A stretch of DNA of 22,570 bases. It comes from Bdellovibrionia bacterium. GTDB lineage: Bacteria; Bdellovibrionota; UBA1018. This document shows positions 1 to 7,959 of this stretch, piece by piece. Location of the stretch: positions 1 through 22,570 of the forward strand of contig JBMSSC010000035.1 in NCBI GenBank assembly GCA_049424145.1. Reading direction: 5' to 3'. How positions within the stretch are numbered: the stretch's first letter is position 1; each line of letters begins with the position of its first letter. Below the pieces are notes generated by a model. It saw only the letters and a program-made list of their open reading frames with translations, ran no database searches and was not told where the DNA came from. A program made the position numbers and the translations under genes.

Positions 1-34
1 CCTAAAAATGGGTCCACGTAGGTGGGACGGAACA
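1..34 (-). repeat. Possible terminal IR of a second IS3-like element extending left out of the window
   Basis: The minus strand from 34 reads TGTTCCGTCCCACCTACGTGGACCC, sharing the TG..C.G.CCC...TGGA pattern of IS3 ends. It lies where OrfA would normally stop. Confidence 0.4.
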
Positions 35-383
35 GCGTTACAGGCGGCTGAAACTGAACCAAATTCCTTGATGTGATTATTGACGAACTGGCGATTTTGA
101 GCTGGCTCTTCCAATTTTCAATTTTTTTTAGAACATCGATTGTCATGATGAGCTCCCCGACTTTGGCCTTGAACTTCTCGTTCTCCCGCTCAGATTCCCT
201 GCCCCTGTTGCTTGGACTTGTTGAGAGACTGCCGGATACATGTTTCTTTAGCCAGCATTCCACAGTTGGTCGCTGCAGCTGATGTTCCTGGCAAATTTGC
301 CTTACTGTGTGGGTCCCGGTCTCGATGGCCTGGCAAACCTGAATCTTGAATTGAATATCGAACTTCCTTCTGATCTTTCCCAT
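1..383 (-). CDS. IS3-family transposase OrfA (HTH), probably truncated or interrupted near base 34; frame runs off the window
   Basis: Not in the ORF track; translated by hand. ATG at 383 follows TAGGAG and reads MGKIRRKFDIQFKIQVCQAIETGTHTVRQICQEHQLQRPTVECWLKKH...ERENEKFKAKVGELIMTIDVLKK. This is the RRKF..FK / HTH / leucine-zipper-like LKK layout of IS3 OrfA. Confidence 0.85.
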   Translation of the reverse strand, partial: MGKIRRKFDIQFKIQVCQAIETGTHTVRQICQEHQLQRPTVECWLKKHVSGSLSTSPSNRGRESERENEKFKAKVGELIMTIDVLKKIENWKSQLKIASSSIITSRNLVQFQPPVTLFRPTYVDPFL

Positions 384-500
384 ACTGGATTACTCTCCTA
401 TCGCAGTCCCAGGGTTTTCGCTCCTGGGAATTGCTTCTAGGCATTTTTACCAGTCATATAAACTGCTTAAAAAACCCTCCAGTTTTTGGGGTGCAGTCCA
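35..500 (-). mobile_element. IS3-family (IS150-like) element, left end plus orfA remnant
   Basis: The minus strand from 500 reads TGGACTGCACCCCAAAAACTGGA, a typical IS3/IS150-group terminal IR, about 117 bp upstream of the orfA start. Confidence 0.8.
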
Positions 501-554
501 CCAAAAGACTAGAAGTCTTTTCCCTATTTTAAATGGAAATAAAAATCAGCTGAA

Positions 555-1973
555 TTAGGAATATTTTCTACTTTTTCCTCGCTCAGATATGGAACTGTTT
601 GAAAAAATAAAAAAAGCGTAAATGCCATGCAAAAAACGCAGGCCTTTAATACTCAATAAGAAAGCTCCATTAGTACTGATATAAATAAGTACGGCCACAA
701 AGCCAAAATACCACATAATATAATTCATATGTACATGAACATAGGAGTGACCCTTAGCCAAGCAAAACCAACTTAATGGACCAAAGACATATACAACAAA
801 GAAACTAAAGTCTCGCCATCGGCTTCTGTGTTGGGTAAAAAACTTATATCCAATTGTTGCTAATGCCGTCGAGTTCAGGAGGATAAACCTCTTGCCATGA
901 ATACGATAAATTAAATCAGTGCTCCATGACTTAATATATGTTTTTAGAACACTTATTAGACTTGCATTTAATGAAGCCGCCGAAACAGGATCAAAAGAGG
1001 AGGGAGAACCATATGTTCTACGCTTAACGTCTTGGTTCCATATTGCTGTTAATCCCTCAAAAACCGTATTCCCTCGGAAGGTTGAATGAACTAGGATTGC
1101 AGCTAAAAATCCACTTACAGCAAGGCCAAAAGTAATACTCGCATATCTCAATGAAGAAGTCCTATTGAGTCGAGGACTGATTAAGAACGGGTCTATCAAA
1201 AATATAGCACAAGAAAACCAAATTATCGTTGAGATGTATTCATACCCACAAAGGCATTTTATAAATATAGATATAAAAAATAGGAATAGAAAGACGTTTT
1301 TTTGGAAATGATTAATATAGAAGTATGCAAGCATAGAAAAAACAGCGGGTGAAAACCACAGAAAGGGAGACCAATAGAGATTCCTAGCAAAAGAAATCAT
1401 CCATGGAGAAAAAGAAACAGACACTAAGAATGCAAGAGCAAATCCACTTCCAATGGTCTTACAAAATCCAAGAGTTAAAAAAACTAGGGAAATAGATGTT
1501 AGTAGTGCACATAAATAATTCAAGGATTCTATTTGTCTTATTTTTAAATTATTATACAAAAAAGAATATACCAAACCTTGTAATCCGACCTGGCTGGTGT
1601 ACGGGAAAAAATTAAGTTTTTGATTTTTATCAACATTTAAAAGATCATAGCCTTCAAGAATATGTTTCAAATCAGAAGAAAATCTGTCAGACGTACTAAA
1701 CCCAAGGTTTGCCTTTTCCTTTACGTTGGGATGGTTTTTGTCGAAGACGATTTTCCCGACAACCAATGCCTCGGAATCTTTTTGAAAATTAGAAAAGAAA
1801 TCTTTTTCCACGAGGTTAAAACTATTTTTGTAGAAAATGCTTGTTTGTATTAAACAAATTAATATTACAATAAAAAATTGAACTAAACGCCAAAAGCCTT
1901 GAGTTTTCCGCTGCGCAGTCCAGTTCATTACTCGTTTAGTGTATGTAAACTGATCTAAAATCAAATTTTTCAT
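555..1973 (-). CDS. Polytopic membrane protein, putative GT-C-fold (GtrC-like) glycosyltransferase
   Basis: 472 aa: N-terminal TM helix, a large loop with acidic DSE motif, then many hydrophobic segments. AT-rich gene in a glycan locus. Function inferred from topology and context. Confidence 0.55.
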   Translation of the reverse strand: MKNLILDQFTYTKRVMNWTAQRKTQGFWRLVQFFIVILICLIQTSIFYKNSFNLVEKDFFSNFQKDSEALVVGKIVFDKNHPNVKEKANLGFSTSDRFSSDLKHILEGYDLLNVDKNQKLNFFPYTSQVGLQGLVYSFLYNNLKIRQIESLNYLCALLTSISLVFLTLGFCKTIGSGFALAFLVSVSFSPWMISFARNLYWSPFLWFSPAVFSMLAYFYINHFQKNVFLFLFFISIFIKCLCGYEYISTIIWFSCAIFLIDPFLISPRLNRTSSLRYASITFGLAVSGFLAAILVHSTFRGNTVFEGLTAIWNQDVKRRTYGSPSSFDPVSAASLNASLISVLKTYIKSWSTDLIYRIHGKRFILLNSTALATIGYKFFTQHRSRWRDFSFFVVYVFGPLSWFCLAKGHSYVHVHMNYIMWYFGFVAVLIYISTNGAFLLSIKGLRFLHGIYAFFIFSNSSISERGKSRKYS

Positions 1974-2263
1974 CAGGTCCCCTTTTTTCGGTAATTGTCT
2001 TAGACGATAAAAAGAGTCTTTTCAATTCGCAGTAAGTTTCATAAAAAATAGTTAAAAAAGTTGAAGTAAGAGTTAGGCCTTTTTTTTTCGGTATCTAATC
2101 AAAAAAAATTCCAAAAGATCGGACCAACTCACGCCGAGGATCAACATAGCTCATCTCGTTGTATTTACGGAACTAGAATTATTCGAAAAACCAGAGAATG
2201 GGAGAGCGTGAGGCGCTTCCCTCGGAACGTGTCAATGAGTTTGAGACAGCAATCTTGATTAAT

Positions 2264-2996
2264 TGTTACGTCCCACTAAACTGACCGCAATTTTGGGCAT
2301 CCTATTCTCGCCTAAGTGACGGCACTTTGCGGGGGGTCATTCCCACTTAATTGACGGCACTTAGAAGGGGTCAATACCTTTAGCCCTGACATAGACGAGG
2401 AAAAAATCCGAGAGCTGGCCAGGCTGAAGTTTATAGACCAAGATCAGATCTCTCTCTTCCTTGGAGCTCCTGGAGTTGGAAAGACCCATCTGGCCCTAGC
2501 TATAGGACTCCTCGCTGTGCAGGATAGCCGTCGGGTCTACTGTACAAGTGCCAAGCGGCTGGCCCAGGACATTGCCCTCGGAAAACTTCGAAATCACTTA
2601 GATCTCTTTTTTAAAAAACTACTCTCGGTACACCTCTGGATTTTAGACGACTGGGGAGTGGTTTCCATGAACCGTGAAGTAGCTGAAGAGGTCTTTGATC
2701 TCATGGATCGCAGGAAGCACAGCTCCGCAATGATCTTAACTAGCAGTCGAGACGTAAGTGAATGGTCGGAAGAATTCCCCGATCCAATCATCGCAAACGC
2801 CACGGTCGATCGCATCTTCGATCGTGCTAAAATGGTCTTACTTAAAGGCCAAAGCTATAGGCTAAAAGGATGAATAAAAGACAGGGAACCAAACAAGGTT
2901 GACGAGGAAATAAAAACATATTAACAAAGAAAAATCTTAAACAGATGCCGTCGTGTTGCTGAGACGAACCTGCCGTCGGTTATGTGGGCCGTGACA
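2264..2996 (+). mobile_element. Internally deleted IS21-family element (733 bp), both ends retained
   Basis: IRL TGTTACGTCCCACTAAACTGACCGCA (2264-2289) versus reverse complement of 2971-2996, TGTCACGGCCCACATAACCGACGGCA: 20/26 identical. Subterminal TGACGGCACTT repeats near 2317 and 2352, and TGCCGTC twice at the right end. Contains the 3' part of istB but no istA. Confidence 0.88.
2385..2873 (+). pseudogene. istB: 5'-truncated IS21 helper ATPase IstB
   Basis: The frame of ORF 2517-2873 extends upstream without a start codon: PDIDEEKIRELARLKFIDQDQISLFLGAPGVGKTHLALAIG (Walker A), then ILDDWG (Walker B) and ATVDRIF...LKGQSYRLK, the IstB C-terminal signature. Confidence 0.9.
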
Positions 2997-2997
2997 C

Positions 2998-3099
2998 ACA
3001 GTGAACACTTAAAGCGATTTCATTGCGACCGAGTCCCATGCGGTACCTCACTCGAAGAGTTTCTCCTAACTTGCGCATTGGCAGACTTTCCTGGCCCAT
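2998..3099 (-). pseudogene. istA: IstA transposase N-terminal fragment (34 codons), cut by the neighbouring IS21 right end
   Basis: AAAGGAGG-ctgt-ATG at 3099 gives MGQESLPMRKLGETLRVRYRMGLGRNEIALSVHC, resembling the IstA N-terminal pattern (L.MRKI.E.LRL...GL..R.IA.S). It ends at the IR at 2996. Confidence 0.75.
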
Positions 3100-3103
3100 A
3101 CAG

Positions 3104-3123
3104 CCTCCTTTGAAAAAAGGAGG
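3104..3123 (-). promoter_or_regulatory. Hairpin sequestering the istA Shine-Dalgarno
   Basis: Minus strand CCTCCTTT-TTTC-AAAGGAGG is a perfect 8-bp stem whose 3' arm is the SD, 4 nt before the ATG. Confidence 0.55.
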
Positions 3124-3392
3124 AGCATACTATGCTGGGTCACTCAGGCTTGCGTCGGTATTTGAGCCTCAGTTACAGGATCCAACCTCGGAGTCCCTGG
3201 TCGGCATCAGGCCGGAACAGGTGCTCGGATTAGCCCGGAACATGCATTATGGATTGTGGCTATAAATTGAATCAATTTCTGGATGTTCTCGTAAAATTCT
3301 GAGCTCTCCTGGCCGTTGCAAGATGACCCAATTGGATCGATGAAGATTCAGCTTATGGTCCTGAGGATTATTGCCTGCGATATTAATTCAAT

Positions 3393-4988
3393 TTAATTTT
3401 TAAATATCAGGCTCCGTACCTGATTGTTTTTCAGGAGATCTTTTCGAATATAGTAAGGCTTTTCTGGAACTTGTTGATAGTTCAAGTCAACGTAATTCTG
3501 GATACATGTAGCATAGCTCCGCCAGGGAAATCTGCCCCAAAAAAGGCCTTGATCAATCCAAATGACTTTGGGTGCTGCCTCCTGAATTTGCTGACAGGCA
3601 TTGATCATCACTCCGAACTGAGGGTTCTCATTGTATTTCTCTTGCCAGGGTAAATAGAAGAAATGACCAGATGCTGGTAACCGATCCGAAGCAAGGTATT
3701 CAAAATTATTAAATGGATAAGAAATAATTCGATCTTCTGGTTCGGTAATTTTTTTAACTAACTGAGAAAATTCAGTGTCCATTAATATTTTTCCATTTGA
3801 GAGTAATTGTCTTTTCTTTGGAAGAATAAGTGACGCTTGGACTGTGAAAAAGGACAAGACGCCAAAGATAGCAATACGAAACAGGCTAGAATCGGTCTCT
3901 AGAAATTTAAAAAATGGAGCGAAAAATGGAAGAACAGAATAGAAAAATGGCATTCCGTGAAATCCTCCTCCGCGCATGAGCAAGCTCAATAGTGCAATCA
4001 CTAGAAAAATCGGTCTCCAGTAAAATCGACTATTATTTCTTCCTAAAACATATAGAGCACGAAGCAAGACTAGAAATGAGGTTCTAGTAGAAGAGTCGCT
4101 CAGTACTGTGTTTAAGGCGGTGATCACTAAGTCCCATCCTGGTTTTAAGCCGGTATAAAGAGGCAGTAATTTTGAATTCAGATAAATGTGAAATGCAAGG
4201 TAACCCGCAAGAGAGCCGAACTTGGCAAGAAATGCTAGGTTCACCAAGAGTCCTGAGCAGAGTCCGATAGCACTGGGTAGAATCCATGCTTGGCGAAAAG
4301 AGGCTAAAAAAATGAGTCCTGAGGTCGGTAGGTATGTAATAGATAAAAATGGAAGGGATGCAAGGAGGAAGTTGCCCATGAATATAGAATTTTTTCTTAA
4401 TACATTTTGATTGTAAATTGATGGGAGGCTGAAATTTGAGATAATAATAGTTAAAAAAATCCCAGCAATCGTTTGATATTTGTACATGTGTCCGAAAATT
4501 TTCGGCATGAAAAAGATGATCGCGGCCACCGAGAATGTAGATGCAATCAATCGTAGTCTTTTAGTCTCAATGATGGGAGAATTATAGATCGATAGCACAG
4601 CCAGGATTTGAAGTATTGCAATGAATAATCGATGCCCTTGGATTCCGCAGTTGGTTATTTTCTCGGCGATTAATCCTGGAAGAAAAGTAAGAGGACCATG
4701 GTGGTTAAAGATCTCAGAATAGAGACGCATTCCATGGTGCATCATTTTTACACAAACAATTGTTTCGGATTCATCACCCCATTCCTGAAAATTCAAAAGA
4801 TGGTATTGGTATCGAAGGCTGAAAAGACAAAATAGGCCAAGAAGAAAAGTGAGGACGATGTTGAATTTTTCTTTTTGGTTCCATCCGTTTATGGTTTCTC
4901 GAAGGGTAGGCAAGTCTATTCTTCTCAAGAGGGGGTATCCTTTTTGAATAAAATCGAATGTGGGCGCTGAATGTGAGTCAATTCTCAA
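3393..4988 (-). CDS. ArnT/PMT-like GT-C membrane glycosyltransferase (putative)
   Basis: 531 aa. After TM1 comes WGDESETIVCVKMMHHGMRLYSEIFNHHGPL, the DE...G..LY..F.H.PL first-loop motif of GT-C proteins. Many TM segments and a soluble C-terminal domain follow. The TTG start is uncertain. Confidence 0.7.
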   Translation of the reverse strand: MRIDSHSAPTFDFIQKGYPLLRRIDLPTLRETINGWNQKEKFNIVLTFLLGLFCLFSLRYQYHLLNFQEWGDESETIVCVKMMHHGMRLYSEIFNHHGPLTFLPGLIAEKITNCGIQGHRLFIAILQILAVLSIYNSPIIETKRLRLIASTFSVAAIIFFMPKIFGHMYKYQTIAGIFLTIIISNFSLPSIYNQNVLRKNSIFMGNFLLASLPFLSITYLPTSGLIFLASFRQAWILPSAIGLCSGLLVNLAFLAKFGSLAGYLAFHIYLNSKLLPLYTGLKPGWDLVITALNTVLSDSSTRTSFLVLLRALYVLGRNNSRFYWRPIFLVIALLSLLMRGGGFHGMPFFYSVLPFFAPFFKFLETDSSLFRIAIFGVLSFFTVQASLILPKKRQLLSNGKILMDTEFSQLVKKITEPEDRIISYPFNNFEYLASDRLPASGHFFYLPWQEKYNENPQFGVMINACQQIQEAAPKVIWIDQGLFWGRFPWRSYATCIQNYVDLNYQQVPEKPYYIRKDLLKNNQVRSLIFKN

Positions 4989-5734
4989 TATAGCCTTTTG
5001 GTGTGGAATTTTTATTTTTTAAGATACCGACTCGTAAGGATGTGTCAATTTTTTTCTATTTGATGGAGTTCATCCAAAATAGTTCGCAGCAGATTTTGAC
5101 ATGCTTTTGAGATCGATGGATAAGTTTTGAGTCGTTCGAATCATCCTCTTCTGGGAGTGACCGTGGCGTCAATTTTTTTGGCCGTCTCTTTCTACCTGTA
5201 TACCATGGTGGGTTTCTAGGGGCTCGATTCCATTAATTCTGCGGCCGTACCTCGTTTGGGGATCTCAATGTGACTTGGATGCCAGGGTTGATTCTGGACT
5301 TGTAATGGCCATCAACTGGGCTCCCTGGGTAGAGTCTTTGCGGTTGGGTGCAGGGTTCTCCATCGCTTTTGACGTTATCTGGGTTACTCTTTTGTATCTT
5401 GTTCCGTCTCCTGTCTTGGTTTTTTCAGTTATTCCTCAGGTTTGGGTTATTTTGGACTTTGTGTGGCCTGCAATCGAATTCAGCGTTGGGATGAATATCC
5501 GTTTGTATGAATCAGTCATCTTTCGATGAGGAGCTGTACTCTACAGAGTGTTGGTCAAAAGTTGTAAAGAAAGAAAAAGAGTTGGCTCAAGTCCAGGATT
5601 TGAGTATAGTTTGGGAAAAAATTTACCTCAATTCAAGCGCTTTTTTCAAATTGAAGCTGAATAGGTCTAGCAGGACGTTAAAAAGTTCCTTTGAGAAAGA
5701 TTCTGTCTGCTGCGCAACTTTGGAGAATTGTGAT

Positions 5735-6733
5735 ATGCCTTTTTATCCAGTCTTTCTGTCGGTTGTAGTTTTAGTCCGCAACCAGGAGGATCAACTTGAG
5801 CGGATTCTTTCACGGGCCGTACAGCAGCTCTCATCACTTGTGGTTGACTATGAGCTGATCGTTGTTGACAACTCGTCGGAGGATGGCAGTGTCAACCTAC
5901 TGAAACGGCTGACAGCTCAGGAGGGCTTGCCTAATCTTCAGGTTTACGCTCTTACCAAAGAAGTGAGCCCCGATACGGCTGCCTGGGTAGGTTTGGAGAA
6001 TGCGTTAGGTGATTTTGTAGGAGTGATTGATCCTTTAACTGACGACATCGGTTTTCTTCCGAAAATGCTCGAGAAGGCGGTCAGTGGGGTAGATGTAGTT
6101 TTTTCAAATAATCTTCAAAAGGTCACACAAGGGTTCTTCTATCGATTCGCACATGGCTTATTTCATGCCGTTTATCGAGTTTTTAACGGAATTCATCTGG
6201 CTAAGGAAGCCCCAAGTTATCGCCTCTTAAGTAAGCGTGTGATTCATTTCATTCTTCAGCACACCCAGCCTGCTCTCACTTATCGTTATCTTCCGGCAAC
6301 AGGCGGGTTTTCACGTGTTAATCTCGAGTATAGCGCGTTGCCTAGTGCAGCAAATACAAAAAGACTGAGTGAAAGCTTTGATCGTGGTTTGAGACTTTTG
6401 GTCTCCTCATCTCATGCTCCATTGCGACTTGTTACCAGTCTCTCGCTGTTTGGTGCGGCTGCAAATCTCATTTATTCAGCCTATGTGGTAGCGATTGCAA
6501 TTTTTAAGGCAGATGTAGCGGCAGGTTGGGTGAGTTTATCTTTACAGCAGTCGGGGATGTTTTTTCTCATCTCCCTGGTGCTTTTGGTTTTAAGTGAGTA
6601 CATTCTACAGATGGTCAGTCTCTCCAATGGGGGAGTTCTCTATCATGTCGGGCAGGAGTTTACGAGCGCTCGCATTACGCGTAAGGAAAAGTTGAACGTC
6701 GAGATCGTGGCTCCCGTTGGAAAAGGGACATAA
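5735..6733 (+). CDS. GtrB/ArnC-like family 2 glycosyltransferase with degenerate DxD
   Basis: Likely start ATG 5735 (GGAG upstream; MPFYPVFLSVVVLVRN). YELIVVDNSSEDGS, GT-A domain and two C-terminal TM helices. VIDPLTDD stands where GtrB has MDADLQD. Confidence 0.8.
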   Translation: MPFYPVFLSVVVLVRNQEDQLERILSRAVQQLSSLVVDYELIVVDNSSEDGSVNLLKRLTAQEGLPNLQVYALTKEVSPDTAAWVGLENALGDFVGVIDPLTDDIGFLPKMLEKAVSGVDVVFSNNLQKVTQGFFYRFAHGLFHAVYRVFNGIHLAKEAPSYRLLSKRVIHFILQHTQPALTYRYLPATGGFSRVNLEYSALPSAANTKRLSESFDRGLRLLVSSSHAPLRLVTSLSLFGAAANLIYSAYVVAIAIFKADVAAGWVSLSLQQSGMFFLISLVLLVLSEYILQMVSLSNGGVLYHVGQEFTSARITRKEKLNVEIVAPVGKGT

Positions 6734-6738
6734 GTTCG

Positions 6739-7896
6739 ATGACTCGAACGGTTGATGCGGTGGTGATTGGCGGTGGCTTCTATGGAGCAGTCATTGCCCT
6801 GTACCTAGTCAAACAAAGGCAAATCAAGCGTGTCCTTCTCGTTGAAAAGGAGGACCGCCTTCTCAGGAGAGCCTCCTATCATAATCAGGCAAGAGTTCAT
6901 AACGGGTACCACTATCCCCGCAGCTTTACGACGGCTTTTAGGAGTCGGGTGAACTTACCTAAATTTATTCAGGATTGGCCCTCTGTGGTCAAACAAGACT
7001 TTATTAAACTCTACGCCATTGCTCGACGGAATTCGAAAGTGACGGGTAAACAGTTTGAGCGATTTTGTCAAGAAATTGGGGCGCGGCTCGACCCTGCAGA
7101 TCTGAGGTTAGTTCAGCTTTTCGAGCCGAGGTTGATTGAATCGGTCTTTCAAGTGCAGGAGTATGCTTTTAATGCGGATCGGCTCGCTGCTTGGGCGCAG
7201 ACGGAGATCTTAGCAGCAGGCGTTGAAGTTAAGCTTTGCTCCCGGGTAATCAGTGTATCCCGATCTTCGCGTCTGCCATTGAGTGTGTCTATTCTTGATT
7301 CTCAAGGAAGTCTGCAGAGCGTATCGAGTCGATATGTTTTTAATTGTACTTATAGCGGACTCAATCAGCTGAAGGGTGAGTTTCCGGGGACTCAGACCAC
7401 TCTAAGGCATGAAATTACGGAGATGGCATTGATTCAAGTGCCGTCAGTGCTCCAAGATGTGGGAATCACCGTTATGGATGGGCCATTTTTTTCGATCATG
7501 CCCTTTCCTGCACGAGGGCTCTATACCCTTTCGCATGTGCGGTACACCCCTCACTTGAGTTGGGAGGATCGTATAGGAGCGGATCCTTATCAGAGCCTCC
7601 ATGAGTATTCAAAAGAGTCTCGCTTTGATCGTATGATCAGAGATGTTTCACGGTACCTTCCTGTGATTCGCGAAGCAGTACAGGTGGATTCTTTGTTTGA
7701 AGTCAAAACGGTTTTAAAAAAAAATGAGGGAGATGATGGTCGTCCCATCCTCTTTGAAAGGCATACGGAGCTGCCGGGTTGTTATTCCGTACTCGGGGGA
7801 AAGATTGACAATATCTATGATGTGGTGAGTCTCTTGGATCGTGAGATTTTTGAAGGCAGCTCGATTCATTCAGTCGAGTTGACTCAAGCAAAGTAA
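6739..7896 (+). CDS. FAD-dependent oxidoreductase (DAO / L-2-hydroxyglutarate oxidase-like fold)
   Basis: VVIGGGFYG dinucleotide-binding motif, LLVEKE, and ASYHNQARVHNGYHYPRS. Starts 5 bp after the GT2 stop. Confidence 0.85.
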   Translation: MTRTVDAVVIGGGFYGAVIALYLVKQRQIKRVLLVEKEDRLLRRASYHNQARVHNGYHYPRSFTTAFRSRVNLPKFIQDWPSVVKQDFIKLYAIARRNSKVTGKQFERFCQEIGARLDPADLRLVQLFEPRLIESVFQVQEYAFNADRLAAWAQTEILAAGVEVKLCSRVISVSRSSRLPLSVSILDSQGSLQSVSSRYVFNCTYSGLNQLKGEFPGTQTTLRHEITEMALIQVPSVLQDVGITVMDGPFFSIMPFPARGLYTLSHVRYTPHLSWEDRIGADPYQSLHEYSKESRFDRMIRDVSRYLPVIREAVQVDSLFEVKTVLKKNEGDDGRPILFERHTELPGCYSVLGGKIDNIYDVVSLLDREIFEGSSIHSVELTQAK

Positions 7897-7959
7897 AAGA
7901 GACAGGCTGAATTTGAGTCTGAGACCGCGATTTATATTGGTCATCAGAATTTAAAATGC

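Larger units (their letters stand above)
2997..3246 (-). mobile_element. Left-end stub of a second IS21-family element (IS408/IS1162-like)
   Basis: The minus strand from 3246 reads TGCATGTTCCGGGCTAATCCGAGCACC-TGTTCCGGCCTGATGCCGACC, a TG end with tandem TTCCGG repeats, followed by an istA start. Confidence 0.75.

Noticed and set aside
120..131. A8 run in IS3 orfA as a programmed -1 frameshift site into orfB
   Set aside because: The -1 frame hits TGA immediately and the +1 frame closes within about 16 codons; no orfB is visible here.
73..444. ORFs 73-282 (+) and 190-444 (-)
   Set aside because: Shadow frames of the IS3 orfA.
2221..2250. GGAACGTGTCAATGAGTTTGAGACAG as another IS end (IS5/IS256-like)
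   Set aside because: Only a vague resemblance, with no partner repeat or transposase fragment found.
2264..2362. Short direct repeats as a CRISPR array or iterons
   Set aside because: Explained as IS21 subterminal repeats; no regular spacer pattern and no cas or rep genes.
3023..3265. 80-aa plus-strand ORF
   Set aside because: Antisense to the istA stub and IS end.
5275..5734. 84-aa hydrophobic ORF as a GtrA flippase, and a 76-aa N-terminal extension of the GT2
   Set aside because: TTG start and no GtrA-like motifs. The GT2 fold begins at ATG 5735, which has its own SD.
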